Positions 29,593-39,570 are shown, numbered from the stretch's first letter. The stretch is 64,000 nt of DNA from Myxococcota bacterium (GCA_040752415.1 JBFMGU010000012.1:1-64000), one strand, 5' to 3'. Notes: generated from the letters alone by a model not told the origin. A program made the numbers and translations.

Positions 29593-29598
29593 CGAGAA
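29571..29598 (+). promoter_or_regulatory. Putative sigma28 promoter of fliC
   Basis: TTATC-N15-GACGAGAA; same -35 element as the flgM candidate. Confidence 0.5.
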
Positions 29599-29682
29599 GC
29601 ATGCAGGAACGGGCGGCAAGCCCAACGGAGCCTGGCGGCCAGTGACCATCCTGGACACGCGCCATGGCGCAAGGAGACCACC

Positions 29683-30513
29683 ATGGTCATGTCCATCCAG
29701 ACCAACGTCAGCTCCCTCAACGCACAGCGCAACCTCTCGCAGACGCAGATGCGCCTGGATTCCTCGCTCTCCAAGCTGTCCTCGGGTTACCGCATCACCA
29801 AGGCCGGCGACGACGCCGCGGGCCTGGGCGTGAGCAGCAACCTGGTGGCCCAGGTGCGCAGCCTCAACCAGGCCGCGCGCAACGCCGGGGACGGAATCTC
29901 GGTGATCCAGACGGCGGAAGGCGCGCTCAATGAGACCGGCAACATCCTGACCCGCCTGCGTGAGCTGGCCATGCAGAGCGCTTCCGACGGCATCACCGAC
30001 ACCGAGCGCGCCTACATCCAGTCGGAAGGCACCGCGCTCATCAACGAGCTGGACCGCATTGCGCAGGTGACCGAGTTCAACGGTACCAAGCTGCTCGACG
30101 GCGGCGCGGCCACCCTGGACTTCCAGGTGGGCATCCGCGACAGCGCCAATGACCGCATCAGCGTCACCACCGCCGACGCCACCAGTGCCACCCTCGGCGT
30201 GGACACCGCGTCCATTGACCTGTCCACCAAGGCGGGTGCGCAGGCGGCGCTGACCTCGGTGGACTCCGCCATCAATGACGTCTCGGACATCCGCGCCACC
30301 TTCGGTGCGGTGGGCAACCGGCTGCAGTCCGTGGTGGCCACCATCCAGAACGCGTCCGAGAACCTCTCCGCCGCCAACAGCCGCATCCGCGACGTGGACG
30401 TGGCGGAGGAGACCAGCCAGATGAGCCGCGCGCAGGTGCTGATGCAGGCCGGTGTCTCGGTGCTGGCGCAGGCCAACCAGATGCCGCAGGTGGCCCTCAA
30501 GCTCCTGGGTTGA
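29683..30513 (+). CDS. fliC: Flagellin (short, D0/D1 only)
   Basis: IQTNVSSLNAQRNL, LSSGYRI..A.DDAAGL, SRIRDVD.A.E, QAGVSVLAQANQ.PQ. Confidence 0.97.
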   Translation: MVMSIQTNVSSLNAQRNLSQTQMRLDSSLSKLSSGYRITKAGDDAAGLGVSSNLVAQVRSLNQAARNAGDGISVIQTAEGALNETGNILTRLRELAMQSASDGITDTERAYIQSEGTALINELDRIAQVTEFNGTKLLDGGAATLDFQVGIRDSANDRISVTTADATSATLGVDTASIDLSTKAGAQAALTSVDSAINDVSDIRATFGAVGNRLQSVVATIQNASENLSAANSRIRDVDVAEETSQMSRAQVLMQAGVSVLAQANQMPQVALKLLG

Positions 30514-30529
30514 TGCACGTTCCCTGGGC

Positions 30530-30567
30530 CCGGCGCCGTTCCTTCCTGGATGAAGGGACGGCGTCGG
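30530..30567 (+). terminator. 16-bp stem-loop between fliC and fliD (partial terminator or mRNA stabiliser)
   Basis: CCGGCGCCGTTCCTTC-loop-GAAGGGACGGCGTCGG with two G-U pairs; no U-tract. Confidence 0.55.
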
Positions 30568-30587
30568 CCTCGCTTGAGGAGTAGGTC

Positions 30588-31940
30588 ATGGCTGCTTCCT
30601 TCCGCGCGAGCGGGCTGGCCTCCGGGCTGGACACCGCCACGCTCATTGAAGGGCTGGTCAAGCTGGAAGCGCGACCCATTGACCTCGTCAAGGGTCGCCA
30701 GAAGGCGGCGGAGGCGCAGCTCAGCGCGCTGGGCGACCTCATCTCCAAGCTGCAGGCGTTGCAGAGCGCGGCACGCGCGCTGGGCGACCACGGTCCCCTG
30801 GCGCTCAAGGCCACCACCTCCGCCACCGGTTTCACCGCCGTGGCCGCGCCCGGTGCGCAGGCCGGCACGTATGACATCTCGGTGGGAACGCTGGCCGTGG
30901 CCGCCAAGGCGCGCTCGCAGACCTTTGCCAGCGCCACCTCGGCGGTGACCGGCGGAACGCTGACCCTGGGCGTGCAGGGGCAGAGCTACAACATCACCAT
31001 CTCCGACGGCGCCGCGCTCTCCGACGTGGCCACCGCCATCAACGCCTCCGGCGCGCCCATCAGCGCCACCGTGCTCACCACCTCCAACGGCGCCGTGCTC
31101 TCGCTGGTCAACCGCAACACCGGTCACCCGGTGGGGCAGGACCCGTCCACCGCGCTCACCATCTCCGAGGTCAGCACCGGGATGGCGGGCCAGTCGCTGG
31201 GCCTTTCCGTCACGCAACCGGCGGTGAATGCCACCTTCCAGATCGACGGGATGCCGTTCGAGCGCACCACCAACGAGGTCACCGACGCGCTTCCCAACGT
31301 CACCCTCAGCCTCAAGAAGGGCGGAACGGCCGCGGAGCCACTCTCGTTGGCGCAGGACGTGGAAGGCACGGCGCAGTCGCTGCAGAAGTTCGTGGACGCG
31401 TACAACGCGGTGGCCAAGCTGGTGCACACCGCGATGAACACCACCGCCAGCACCAACCGCGGCACCACGCTGGCCGGCGACGCGGGCGTGCGCAGCGTGC
31501 AGCGCCATCTCCACAAGCTGGTCTCCGGCGACGTGGCGGGGCTGACCGGCACCGTGCGCGCCCTGGCCGACCTGGGCATCGAGACGGCGCGCGACGGCAC
31601 CATCTCGCTGGACCGCGCCACGCTGGAGAAGGCCCTGGCGCGCGACCCCGACGGCGTCACCCGCGTGTTCACCCAGGGCAGCACCGGCGTGGGGGACGCC
31701 GTGGACGCGCTGGTGGACGTGTTCACCGCCTCCGGCGACGGCGTCCTCGTCAGCGCCAGGAAATCCATGCAGGACCGCATCGCCCAGCTCCAGGATGACG
31801 TGGAGCGCATGCAGCTGAGGGTGGACCAGTTCCAGGAGAACCTGGTGCGCCAGTTCGCGGCCATGGAGAAGGTGGTCAGCGGGCTGCGCAGCATCAGCGA
31901 CTTCCTGGTCAACCAGTCCAACCAGGAGAACAAGTCATGA
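30588..31940 (+). CDS. fliD: Filament cap protein FliD
   Basis: SGLASGLDT..LI..L..LE..P, FVDAYN, L..QF.AME. Confidence 0.93.
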   Translation: MAASFRASGLASGLDTATLIEGLVKLEARPIDLVKGRQKAAEAQLSALGDLISKLQALQSAARALGDHGPLALKATTSATGFTAVAAPGAQAGTYDISVGTLAVAAKARSQTFASATSAVTGGTLTLGVQGQSYNITISDGAALSDVATAINASGAPISATVLTTSNGAVLSLVNRNTGHPVGQDPSTALTISEVSTGMAGQSLGLSVTQPAVNATFQIDGMPFERTTNEVTDALPNVTLSLKKGGTAAEPLSLAQDVEGTAQSLQKFVDAYNAVAKLVHTAMNTTASTNRGTTLAGDAGVRSVQRHLHKLVSGDVAGLTGTVRALADLGIETARDGTISLDRATLEKALARDPDGVTRVFTQGSTGVGDAVDALVDVFTASGDGVLVSARKSMQDRIAQLQDDVERMQLRVDQFQENLVRQFAAMEKVVSGLRSISDFLVNQSNQENKS

Positions 31941-32314
31941 ATGCCGCGCGTCGTTACGTCGTCACGCAGAGCCAGACCGCGTCACGGGAGCGCTTGCTGG
32001 TGATGCTGCTGCACGCCGCGCAACGCAACCTGCGCGCCGCGGCCACCGCGCTGGAGTCCGGTCCCCACGGCGTGGCGGCGCCCGCGCTGGAGAGGTCCTC
32101 CGCCATCATCCAGGAGCTGCTCTCCACGCTGGATCACCGCACCGCCCCCGAGCTGAGCGCGGGCTTGGCGGCGGTGTATGAGTTCATCCTGCAACGCATC
32201 ACGCTGGCCATGGCCAGTCGCAACGTGTGCTACGTGCACGAGGCGGAGCGCGCCTTCAATCCCATTGCCGCGGGTTTTGAAGAGGCGGTGGAGAAGCTGG
32301 GGAGCGCGGGATGA
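31937..32314 (+). CDS. fliS: Flagellin chaperone FliS
   Basis: Y.....TAS.E.LLVML, II.EL..TLD, L..VYEF. Confidence 0.88.
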   Translation: MNAARRYVVTQSQTASRERLLVMLLHAAQRNLRAAATALESGPHGVAAPALERSSAIIQELLSTLDHRTAPELSAGLAAVYEFILQRITLAMASRNVCYVHEAERAFNPIAAGFEEAVEKLGSAG

Positions 32315-32559
32315 GCGCCTGGCACGACGAGATGGCGGCCGGCCTCCGCCAGGTGCGCGCCCACCTGGAGCACGGCGAGGCCGAGGCCGCGGCGGCAATC
32401 ATTGCACGCTTGACCGCGCTGTGCGCCACCGGACCTCGGCGGGGCAGTGGCGAGCTGGTGGCGCTGGCGGCGCAGTGCCTCTCCGACGCCACCGTCCACC
32501 ACGACGCGCTGGCGCAGGAGATGGCGCGCTCCCGCAAGGTGGGACGTTACCGGCGCTGA
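32311..32559 (+). CDS. Small helical protein, possible FliT
   Basis: Overlaps the fliS stop; 82-aa helical protein ending in a basic/Tyr tail. Confidence 0.45.
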   Translation: MSAWHDEMAAGLRQVRAHLEHGEAEAAAAIIARLTALCATGPRRGSGELVALAAQCLSDATVHHDALAQEMARSRKVGRYRR

Positions 32560-32570
32560 GGCGGGGCGCC

Positions 32571-32598
32571 TCAGGATTCCCGGGATGCGTGCCGATGT
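32571..32598 (+). promoter_or_regulatory. Putative sigma28 promoter
   Basis: TCAGG-N15-GCCGATGT. Confidence 0.6.
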
Positions 32599-32622
32599 CG
32601 CCCCTCGTGGAGGATCGGCCAA

Positions 32623-33744
32623 ATGGAGCGGTTGGCAGCAGTGCCCGGGGATGGACCGCTGACGCGTCTCTGGCGGCGCCTGCTGGGACGGGAGGCCGCC
32701 ACGCGCCCAGCTCCGCGAGCACGTCCCGTCTCCGTGCTGGTGGCCCGGTCGCACAAGGAGAGCGTGGTCCCCGCGGATTCCGGGTCGGACCGGCCCGCGC
32801 TCCTCAGCGCCGACTGGTTGGCCACGGTGAAACCGCAGACGCCGCCGCTGGAGCCGTGGGAAGAGGCGCAGCTGGACCCGGTGTACGCGCTGGTGGTGGA
32901 GCGTTTCCCCGACGCCGTCCGCGCCCTGCCGCCGCTCTCGCCGCTGGCGGCGCAATGCGCGGGCCTGATCCAGAACCCCAACACTTCCGTGCAGGAGGTG
33001 GTGCGCTTCGTGAGTCGCGACCCGCTGGTGGCCGCGCAGGTGCTCCGGCTGGCCAACAGCGCGCACTACTCCCGTGGCGAGACCGTGGTGGGCGTGCGCG
33101 ACGCGGTGGTGCGCCTGGGTTTCCGGGAGGTCTACTCGCTGGTGATGGCGCTCTCCTGCGTGGGTGCCGCGTCTGGCGACGGAAGTGGCCCGGTGGAGCA
33201 CGCCAACATCCGCGGCAACCTGTGGCGGCATGCCCTGACCAGCGCGTTTGCCGCGGGACAGCTCAGCATGGTCATCCGACGAGGAGACCTGGACGTGGTC
33301 TTCCTGGGCGGCCTGTTGCACGACGTGGGCAAGGTGGTGGGGCTGCGCATCCTGGCCCAGCTGGCGCAGGAGGAGGCGCTCCCGGTTCCGCTGGGCATGG
33401 CGTTCACCTTGCGCATGCTGGAGGCCGTCCACGTGCGGGTGGGCGCGGACCTGTTGGCCCACTGGCGCCTGCCGCCGGAGATCCAGCGCGTGTGCGTGGA
33501 CCATCACCGTCGGGAAGACGTGAATGGCGCGGAGCACGCCAGCACCCACGTGGTCCGCGTGGTCTCCGGCGCGCATGAGCTGCTGACCAGCGCGTACTGC
33601 TCGGAGCGGGTCCCCCAGGAGGTGCTGCAGAGCGCGTTGGCGCTGGACATGGACGACGCCCAGCTGCGCCTGGTGGCCAACCACGTCCAGGAGGCCGGGC
33701 TGAAGGCGGAGCTGGTGCTGGGCTCGTCGGGCCGTGTCTCCTGA
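32623..33744 (+). CDS. HDOD-domain protein
   Basis: LPPL, DP.VAAQVLRLANS, LWRH, GLLHDVGK, W.LP. Confidence 0.88.
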   Translation: MERLAAVPGDGPLTRLWRRLLGREAATRPAPRARPVSVLVARSHKESVVPADSGSDRPALLSADWLATVKPQTPPLEPWEEAQLDPVYALVVERFPDAVRALPPLSPLAAQCAGLIQNPNTSVQEVVRFVSRDPLVAAQVLRLANSAHYSRGETVVGVRDAVVRLGFREVYSLVMALSCVGAASGDGSGPVEHANIRGNLWRHALTSAFAAGQLSMVIRRGDLDVVFLGGLLHDVGKVVGLRILAQLAQEEALPVPLGMAFTLRMLEAVHVRVGADLLAHWRLPPEIQRVCVDHHRREDVNGAEHASTHVVRVVSGAHELLTSAYCSERVPQEVLQSALALDMDDAQLRLVANHVQEAGLKAELVLGSSGRVS

Positions 33745-33769
33745 GCGTGCTCGTCGGGCGATCCGCCCC

Positions 33770-33797
33770 TCAAGACTCCGCCACCCGGTGACGATGT
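33770..33797 (+). promoter_or_regulatory. Putative sigma28 promoter
   Basis: TCAAG-N15-GACGATGT. Confidence 0.6.
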
Positions 33798-33865
33798 GCA
33801 GGTGTGGAGGAAGCCGCGCGCTTCCCGGGCCGCCCGACCCATGCGGCCCCGCGCGGGGGTGAGGC

Positions 33866-35512
33866 ATGGCTGACGGCACACGCGCCACCGGAGATGCGGC
33901 ACCGCGGAGCAGGGCGCAGGGCGTCCCCGTGCGTCGCCCCGGTCCCACCACGCGCGAGACGCTCACCCTGCTGGCCGACGCCGCGGACGGCCTTGCGTTC
34001 ACCGCGGACTCCGCCATGCGCTTCACCGGGATGTACGGTGCGTGGCTGACGCGGCACGGGGTTGTCGTCGAGGACGTGGTGGGCCGCTCCCTGGGAGAGC
34101 TGGTCTCCCCCGCGGACCGCGGGGCCACCGAGGCGGAGTGGCGTCGGGCGCTGGAGGGGGAGCGGCGCACCTACCTGTGGTCGGACCCGGCGCGCTTCGA
34201 GGGGCGCACGTTCCGCGTGGTGGTCAGCCCGCTGCATGACGACGAGGGATGCATCACCGGCATCATGGGCGTGGTGCAGGACGTCACCGACGCACGCACG
34301 GCGAGAGCGGAGTGGGAACAGTTCTTCTCCCTCTCCGCCGATCTCCTGTGCGTCCTCCACGTCCAGGACTGGACCTTTGAGCGTGTGAACTCCGCGTGGG
34401 GCCCGGCGCTGGGGCTGGAGCCGCAGGTGCTCCTGGGCCGCTCGTTGCAGGAGCGCGTGCATCCCAAGGACTGCGACGCCGCCGCGCGGGCGCTGCGTTC
34501 CCTGCTCCAGGGCGAGAGCCGGTCCTCCTTCGAGACGCGCTTCCAGGACGGCGACGGTGAATACCGCTGGCTGGTGTGGAGCTGCACCGCGCCCGTTCCC
34601 GGCACCGCGCACGTGCTGGCCATGGCCCGCGACGTCACCCAGGAACGGCGCGCCGAGCTGGAGCACCGTCAGGCGCAGAAGCTGGAGGCCGTGGGACGCC
34701 TGGCCGCGGGCATTGCACACGAGATCAACACACCCGTGCAGTTCATTGGCGACAGCGTCCACTTCCTGCGCGGCGCCGCCGACGAGTTGCTGGGCTTGCT
34801 GGAGCACTACGACGCGCTGCACGCCGCGGCCATCACCGGTCGGATCCCGGAAGAGCTCCTGGCGGCCATCCCCCGCGCGCGGGAAGACGCCGACGTGGAC
34901 TACCTGCGTGAGCACATTCCACAGGCCATCAACCGCGCGCTCGACGGCGTGGGCCGCGTGGCCTCCATTGTGCGCGCCATGAAGGACTTCGCGCATCCCG
35001 ACCAGCGCGAGAAGACCCTGGCCGACCTCAACAAGGCGCTGCAGAGCACGCTCACCGTGGCGCGCAACGAGCTGAAGTACGTGGCCGAGGTGTCCGTGGA
35101 CCTGGGTGAGCTGCCGCTGGTGTATTGCCACATTGGAGACCTCAACCAGGTCTTCCTCAACCTGCTGGTCAATGCCGCGCATGCCATCTCCGACGTGGTG
35201 AAGGGCACCGACGACAAGGGCCTCATCCGCGTGCGCACCATGGTGGAGGGAAGCTCCGTGGTCATTGCCATCAGCGACACCGGCGCGGGCATCCCGGAGG
35301 CGGTCCGCTCACGCATCTTCGAGCCGTTCTTCACCACCAAGGAGGTGGGTCGCGGGACGGGGCAGGGACTGGCCATTGCCCGCAGCATCGTGGTGGAGCG
35401 GCACAAGGGCTCCCTCACGTTCGACACCGAGCTGGGCGTGGGCACCACGTTCTACATCCGCCTGCCGGTGGAAGGCGCGCCCGAGAATGTCGCCAGTGCG
35501 GGGGAATCATGA
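33866..35512 (+). CDS. Cytoplasmic PAS-PAS sensor histidine kinase
   Basis: Two PAS/PAC domains; H-box AHEINTP; N, G1, F, G2 boxes (DTGAGI, PFFTTK, GTGQGL). Confidence 0.92.
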   Translation: MADGTRATGDAAPRSRAQGVPVRRPGPTTRETLTLLADAADGLAFTADSAMRFTGMYGAWLTRHGVVVEDVVGRSLGELVSPADRGATEAEWRRALEGERRTYLWSDPARFEGRTFRVVVSPLHDDEGCITGIMGVVQDVTDARTARAEWEQFFSLSADLLCVLHVQDWTFERVNSAWGPALGLEPQVLLGRSLQERVHPKDCDAAARALRSLLQGESRSSFETRFQDGDGEYRWLVWSCTAPVPGTAHVLAMARDVTQERRAELEHRQAQKLEAVGRLAAGIAHEINTPVQFIGDSVHFLRGAADELLGLLEHYDALHAAAITGRIPEELLAAIPRAREDADVDYLREHIPQAINRALDGVGRVASIVRAMKDFAHPDQREKTLADLNKALQSTLTVARNELKYVAEVSVDLGELPLVYCHIGDLNQVFLNLLVNAAHAISDVVKGTDDKGLIRVRTMVEGSSVVIAISDTGAGIPEAVRSRIFEPFFTTKEVGRGTGQGLAIARSIVVERHKGSLTFDTELGVGTTFYIRLPVEGAPENVASAGES

Positions 35513-36735
35513 ACATGCCAGCAGCGGTGGTGAAGAAGCGCATCCTGTTTGTCGACGACGAGCCCATGATCCTGGCGGGCCTGCAGAACACGCTGCGCCC
35601 GTTGCGGCGGGAGTGGGACACGGTCTTTGTGGACAGCGGCGCCGCCGCGCTGGACCAGCTGGCCGCCGCGCCGTTTGACGTCATCGTCTCGGACATGCGC
35701 ATGCCCCGGATGGACGGCGCCACGCTGTTGCAGCAGGTGCACCAACGCCATCCCCAGGTGGTCCGCATTGTGCTCTCCGGCTACACGGAGATGGAGGCGG
35801 CGCTGCGCGCGGTGCCCATTGCCCACCAGTTCCTCACCAAGCCGTGCGAGCCCACGCTCCTGCGCAGCGTCATCGAGCGCGCGTGCAGCCTGCAGAAGCT
35901 GATGGGGGACGTGGCGGTGCGCGACATCGTGGGGAGCGTGCGGTCCCTGCCCTCGACACCGCGCGTGTACCTGGCGCTCACCCGCGCGCTGGAGAATCCC
36001 AACACCAGCGTGAGGGAGCTGGCAGGAATCGTGGAGACGGACGTGGCCATGAGCGCCAAGATCCTGCAGCTGGTCAACAGCGCGTTCTTCGGCCTGGCGC
36101 GACGCTTCACCAGCATCCAGGAGGCGGTGGCCTACCTGGGCACCAACATGATGAAGAGCCTGACGCTCTCCGTGGAGACGTTCCAGAGCTTCCCGGAGCT
36201 GCGCGTCAAGGGCTTTGACCCCGACGGGCTGCAGCGCCACTCCGTGCTCACCGCGCGCATCGCGCGGCAGATGTTCAAGGACAAGCGCCAGGCGGAGGAC
36301 GCCTTCACCGCGGCCATGCTGCATGACGTGGGAAAGCTCATTGCCGTCACGCACTACCCGGAGAGGTTCTGCAAGGCGTTGGATGCGGCGCGCGAGCAGG
36401 CGCGTCCGCTGGTGGACGTGGAGTACGAGACCGCGGGTGCCTCCCACGCGGAGGCGGGTGCCTACCTGCTGGGCATCTGGGGCCTGCCCTATCCCGTGGT
36501 GGAAGCGGTGGCGCACCACCACCACCCGCAAGCGGTTCCGCATACCGGCTTCGATCTCGTCGACGCGGTGTATGTGGCCGACGTGCTGGCCGAGGAGGCC
36601 GCGGGAGGCGGGCCCCCTGAGACCGCGTGCAACGGTCATCCCCTGGACGAGGTGCACCTCGCGCGCCTGGGGATGCTGAACCAGCTCTCCGCGTGGCGCG
36701 AGTTGGCCGCGCGCGCCGCGCAGAAGGAGGCGTGA
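35509..36735 (+). CDS. Response regulator REC-HDOD
   Basis: ILFVDDE, SDMRMP, LTKP; HDOD motifs LVNSAFFG, LHDVGK, WGLP. Confidence 0.9.
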   Translation: MNMPAAVVKKRILFVDDEPMILAGLQNTLRPLRREWDTVFVDSGAAALDQLAAAPFDVIVSDMRMPRMDGATLLQQVHQRHPQVVRIVLSGYTEMEAALRAVPIAHQFLTKPCEPTLLRSVIERACSLQKLMGDVAVRDIVGSVRSLPSTPRVYLALTRALENPNTSVRELAGIVETDVAMSAKILQLVNSAFFGLARRFTSIQEAVAYLGTNMMKSLTLSVETFQSFPELRVKGFDPDGLQRHSVLTARIARQMFKDKRQAEDAFTAAMLHDVGKLIAVTHYPERFCKALDAAREQARPLVDVEYETAGASHAEAGAYLLGIWGLPYPVVEAVAHHHHPQAVPHTGFDLVDAVYVADVLAEEAAGGGPPETACNGHPLDEVHLARLGMLNQLSAWRELAARAAQKEA

Positions 36736-37913
36736 TGGCCACCGCCGTGATGACGTCCGTACCCGCCCCCAAGCCGCGGATCCTGCTGGTCGACGACGAG
36801 CCCAACGTGCTGGACGCGCTCAAGCTCAACCTGCGCCGCGAGTTCGACGTGGCCACGGCCACCAGCGGCGCCGCCGCGCTGGACCGCGTGCAGGCGGGTG
36901 AGCAGTTTGTTGTCGCGGTGTCCGACATGCGCATGCCGGGAATGGACGGCGCCACCTTGGTCACGCGGTTGCGCCAGGTTGCCCCGGACACCGTGCGCAT
37001 GATGCTGAGCGGACAGTCCGACCTCAACGCCGCCATTGCCGCCGTGAATGAAGGACAGATCTTCCGCTTCCTCACCAAGCCGTGTGCGCCGGACGTGTTG
37101 CTCCAGACGCTGCGCACCGCCGTGGAGCAGCACCGGCTCATCACCGCGGAGCGCGTGCTGCTGGAGGACACGCTGCGCGGCGCCATCAAGGCGCTCACCG
37201 ACGTGTTGGGGCTCACCAGTCCGGCGGCGTTTGGACGTGGCACCCGCGCGCGCCAGCTGGTGGCGGAGCTGTGCGGCGTGTTGAAACTGGCGGAAGCCTG
37301 GCAGATCGAGGTGGCGGCCATGCTCTCCCAGGTGGGTTGCGTGACGCTGCCGTCGGAGACGGTGGACCGCCTCTACCTGGGTCAGCCGCTCAACAACGAG
37401 GAGCGGGCCATGGTGGCGCGGTTGCCCGCCGTGGCGGAGCAGCTCATTGGCAGCATCCCGCGGTTGGAGAAGGTGCGGGAGATGCTGCGCCACATGGACC
37501 GTCCCTACGACGCGGGCGACGCCACCGGCGCCACGCTCCGGCGGGAGAACCTGCCCCTCGGCTCCCGCATGCTGAAGGTGGTGTTGGACTATGACGTGCT
37601 GCGCGCGCAGGGCTGCAAGCCGCCGGAGTGCGTGGACATCATGCTCGGGCGACGCGGCCAGTATGACCCCGCCATCCTGGACGGCCTCACGCGCCTGGTG
37701 GGCGCCACCGGTGCGCATGAGCACGTGCGGGAGCTGGGACTGGGGGAGCTGGGCCCGGGCATGGTGCTGGCGGAGGACGTCAAGACCCTCGACGGTCGAC
37801 TGCTGATTGCCCGCGGCTACCAGGTGACGCCCAACCTGCTGGAGCGCATCCGGAACATTGGCCCCACCGTCGGCGTGCGACAGCCCATTCGCGTGGTGGT
37901 GCCCGCGCGCTGA
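36735..37913 (+). CDS. Response regulator with degenerate HD(-GYP)-like domain
   Basis: REC domain (LVDDE, SDMRMP); HD-like region has LSQVG and HMDRPYD in place of LHDIG and HHE..DG.GYP. Confidence 0.85.
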   Translation: MATAVMTSVPAPKPRILLVDDEPNVLDALKLNLRREFDVATATSGAAALDRVQAGEQFVVAVSDMRMPGMDGATLVTRLRQVAPDTVRMMLSGQSDLNAAIAAVNEGQIFRFLTKPCAPDVLLQTLRTAVEQHRLITAERVLLEDTLRGAIKALTDVLGLTSPAAFGRGTRARQLVAELCGVLKLAEAWQIEVAAMLSQVGCVTLPSETVDRLYLGQPLNNEERAMVARLPAVAEQLIGSIPRLEKVREMLRHMDRPYDAGDATGATLRRENLPLGSRMLKVVLDYDVLRAQGCKPPECVDIMLGRRGQYDPAILDGLTRLVGATGAHEHVRELGLGELGPGMVLAEDVKTLDGRLLIARGYQVTPNLLERIRNIGPTVGVRQPIRVVVPAR

Positions 37914-37919
37914 CCGGCA

Positions 37920-39323
37920 TCACGCCGCGGCGTCCTGCTCCTGTGGCGCGCCGGCAATGGGCAGGTGCAGGTGGAAGGAGGTTCCGCGGCCCACCTCGGT
38001 CTCCAGCGTGATCTTCCCGTGGTGACGGTCCACCACCCGTCGCACCAACGTGAGACCCTGGCCGGTGCCGCGCCCCACTTCCTTCGTCGTGAAGAACGGG
38101 TCGAAGATGCGGTCGCGGATCTGCGCGGGGATGCCGCAGCCGGTGTCGGAGATGGAGATGATCACCGTGTCCCCGGCCACGCGGGTGGCCACGCGGATGA
38201 CCCCGCGCTGGTCTGGGCCGGGATGCGCGTCCTGGATGGCGTGCGCGGCGTTGACAATGAGGTTGAGGAATGCCTGGTTCAGGTCGCCCACGTGACAGAG
38301 CACCGGCGGCAGCTCACCCAGCTCCATCCGCACGTCGGCAACCTCCTTGTACTCGTTGCGCGCGATGGTGACCGTGGTGGTGAGCGCCTTGTTGAGGTCG
38401 GCGGGCTGCATCTCGCGGGAGTCGGGATGGGCGAACTCCTTCATGGCGCGCACAATGGTGGCCACGCGCGAGGTGCCGTCGAAGATGCGGTCAAACGCGC
38501 GTGGAATCTCCGTCAGCAGGTACTGCAGGTCCGCCGTGTCCTCCGCCTGCGTCACCCACTGCCCCACCTCCTCGGCGGAGATGCCCGCGCGGAGGCGCGC
38601 CAGGCCCTCGCGGTAGGCGTCCAGGACGGTGCGGATGTCGTCGAACGCGGTGCGGAGGAAGTGCGCGGTGTCGCCCACGTATTGCACCGGCGTGTTGATC
38701 TCGTGGGCAATTCCCGCGGCAAGCTGGCCCACCGCTTCCAGCTTCTGGCTCAGCCTCAGGTCCGCCTCGATGCGCGCCTGCTCCGCCATGCTCCGCTGCA
38801 GCTTCTGGTGGGTCTCCTCCAGCGAGTTGAACAGCCGCATGTTCTCCAGCGCCAGGCGCGCAAATCCGGCAAACACCGACATCTGCTCGACGTCACCGCG
38901 GGAGAACGGCGGGAGCCCGGCGTCGCGGTTGGCGGAGAGGACGCCCAGCACCACCTCGTCGCGCAGCACCGGGAACACCACGGAGGAGCCGCCCCGGCGA
39001 CGGCGCGTCAGGCCTTCCAGCCACTCGTCATCGTCACGGGTGCCGGTGATGAGGGCCGGTTTCCGTCGCTGCGCCACCCGGACCGCCACGCCGTCCGAGA
39101 TGATGACCCGGTTGGGAGCGCCCCCCTCCTCGGTCTGGACGCTGGTGAACGCCACGTAGAGCTGGCCTTGCGGGTTGGGCAGGATGAGGGAGGCCGTGCT
39201 GGCGCCCAGCACCGTCTGGACCGCCTGGACCATGCGCGGGAGCAGCTCGTCCTGACGGATGGTCTCGAAGATCATCCGCACGCCGTCATAGAACGCTCCC
39301 TGCGGGCTTGCTGCGGATTCCAC
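37920..39323 (-). CDS. Cytoplasmic GAF sensor histidine kinase
   Basis: GAF domain (FPV...GVL.., F...D); AHEINTP; PFFTTKEVGRGTGQGL. Confidence 0.92.
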   Translation of the reverse strand: MESAASPQGAFYDGVRMIFETIRQDELLPRMVQAVQTVLGASTASLILPNPQGQLYVAFTSVQTEEGGAPNRVIISDGVAVRVAQRRKPALITGTRDDDEWLEGLTRRRRGGSSVVFPVLRDEVVLGVLSANRDAGLPPFSRGDVEQMSVFAGFARLALENMRLFNSLEETHQKLQRSMAEQARIEADLRLSQKLEAVGQLAAGIAHEINTPVQYVGDTAHFLRTAFDDIRTVLDAYREGLARLRAGISAEEVGQWVTQAEDTADLQYLLTEIPRAFDRIFDGTSRVATIVRAMKEFAHPDSREMQPADLNKALTTTVTIARNEYKEVADVRMELGELPPVLCHVGDLNQAFLNLIVNAAHAIQDAHPGPDQRGVIRVATRVAGDTVIISISDTGCGIPAQIRDRIFDPFFTTKEVGRGTGQGLTLVRRVVDRHHGKITLETEVGRGTSFHLHLPIAGAPQEQDAAA

Positions 39324-39353
39324 GTCGGGGCTCCTCTCGTGTGTCTCCCGGTT

Positions 39354-39381
39354 TGAGCGTCACGGCGCCGGGGATTCTTGA
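39354..39381 (-). promoter_or_regulatory. Putative sigma28 promoter of the GAF kinase
   Basis: Minus strand TCAAG-N15-GACGCTCA. Confidence 0.45.
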
Positions 39382-39570
39382 GCGGTTTCCTCTCGTCCAG
39401 GGCCCACGCCCGTTCCTCGTTTGGAGCGCACGTGGGGTGGTGACCGCTCACGGCAGTCAGTTCGTGGCGCACGCTGCGGCGGGAGCCTGGGCGCGTGCGG
39501 TCGCCACGCCGCTGCGCGGGGCCGGTGTGCGTCGTCGACCAGCGGAGGGGTGAGCAGTTGCGTCGCGTGG

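Noticed and set aside
29600..29682. CsrA sites or c-di-GMP riboswitch in the fliC leader
   Set aside because: GGA motifs are present but not clearly in hairpin loops, no GEMM consensus is visible, and csrA/fliW are not in the window
36735..37913. Active c-di-GMP phosphodiesterase (HD-GYP)
   Set aside because: The HD, HHE and GYP motifs are all replaced
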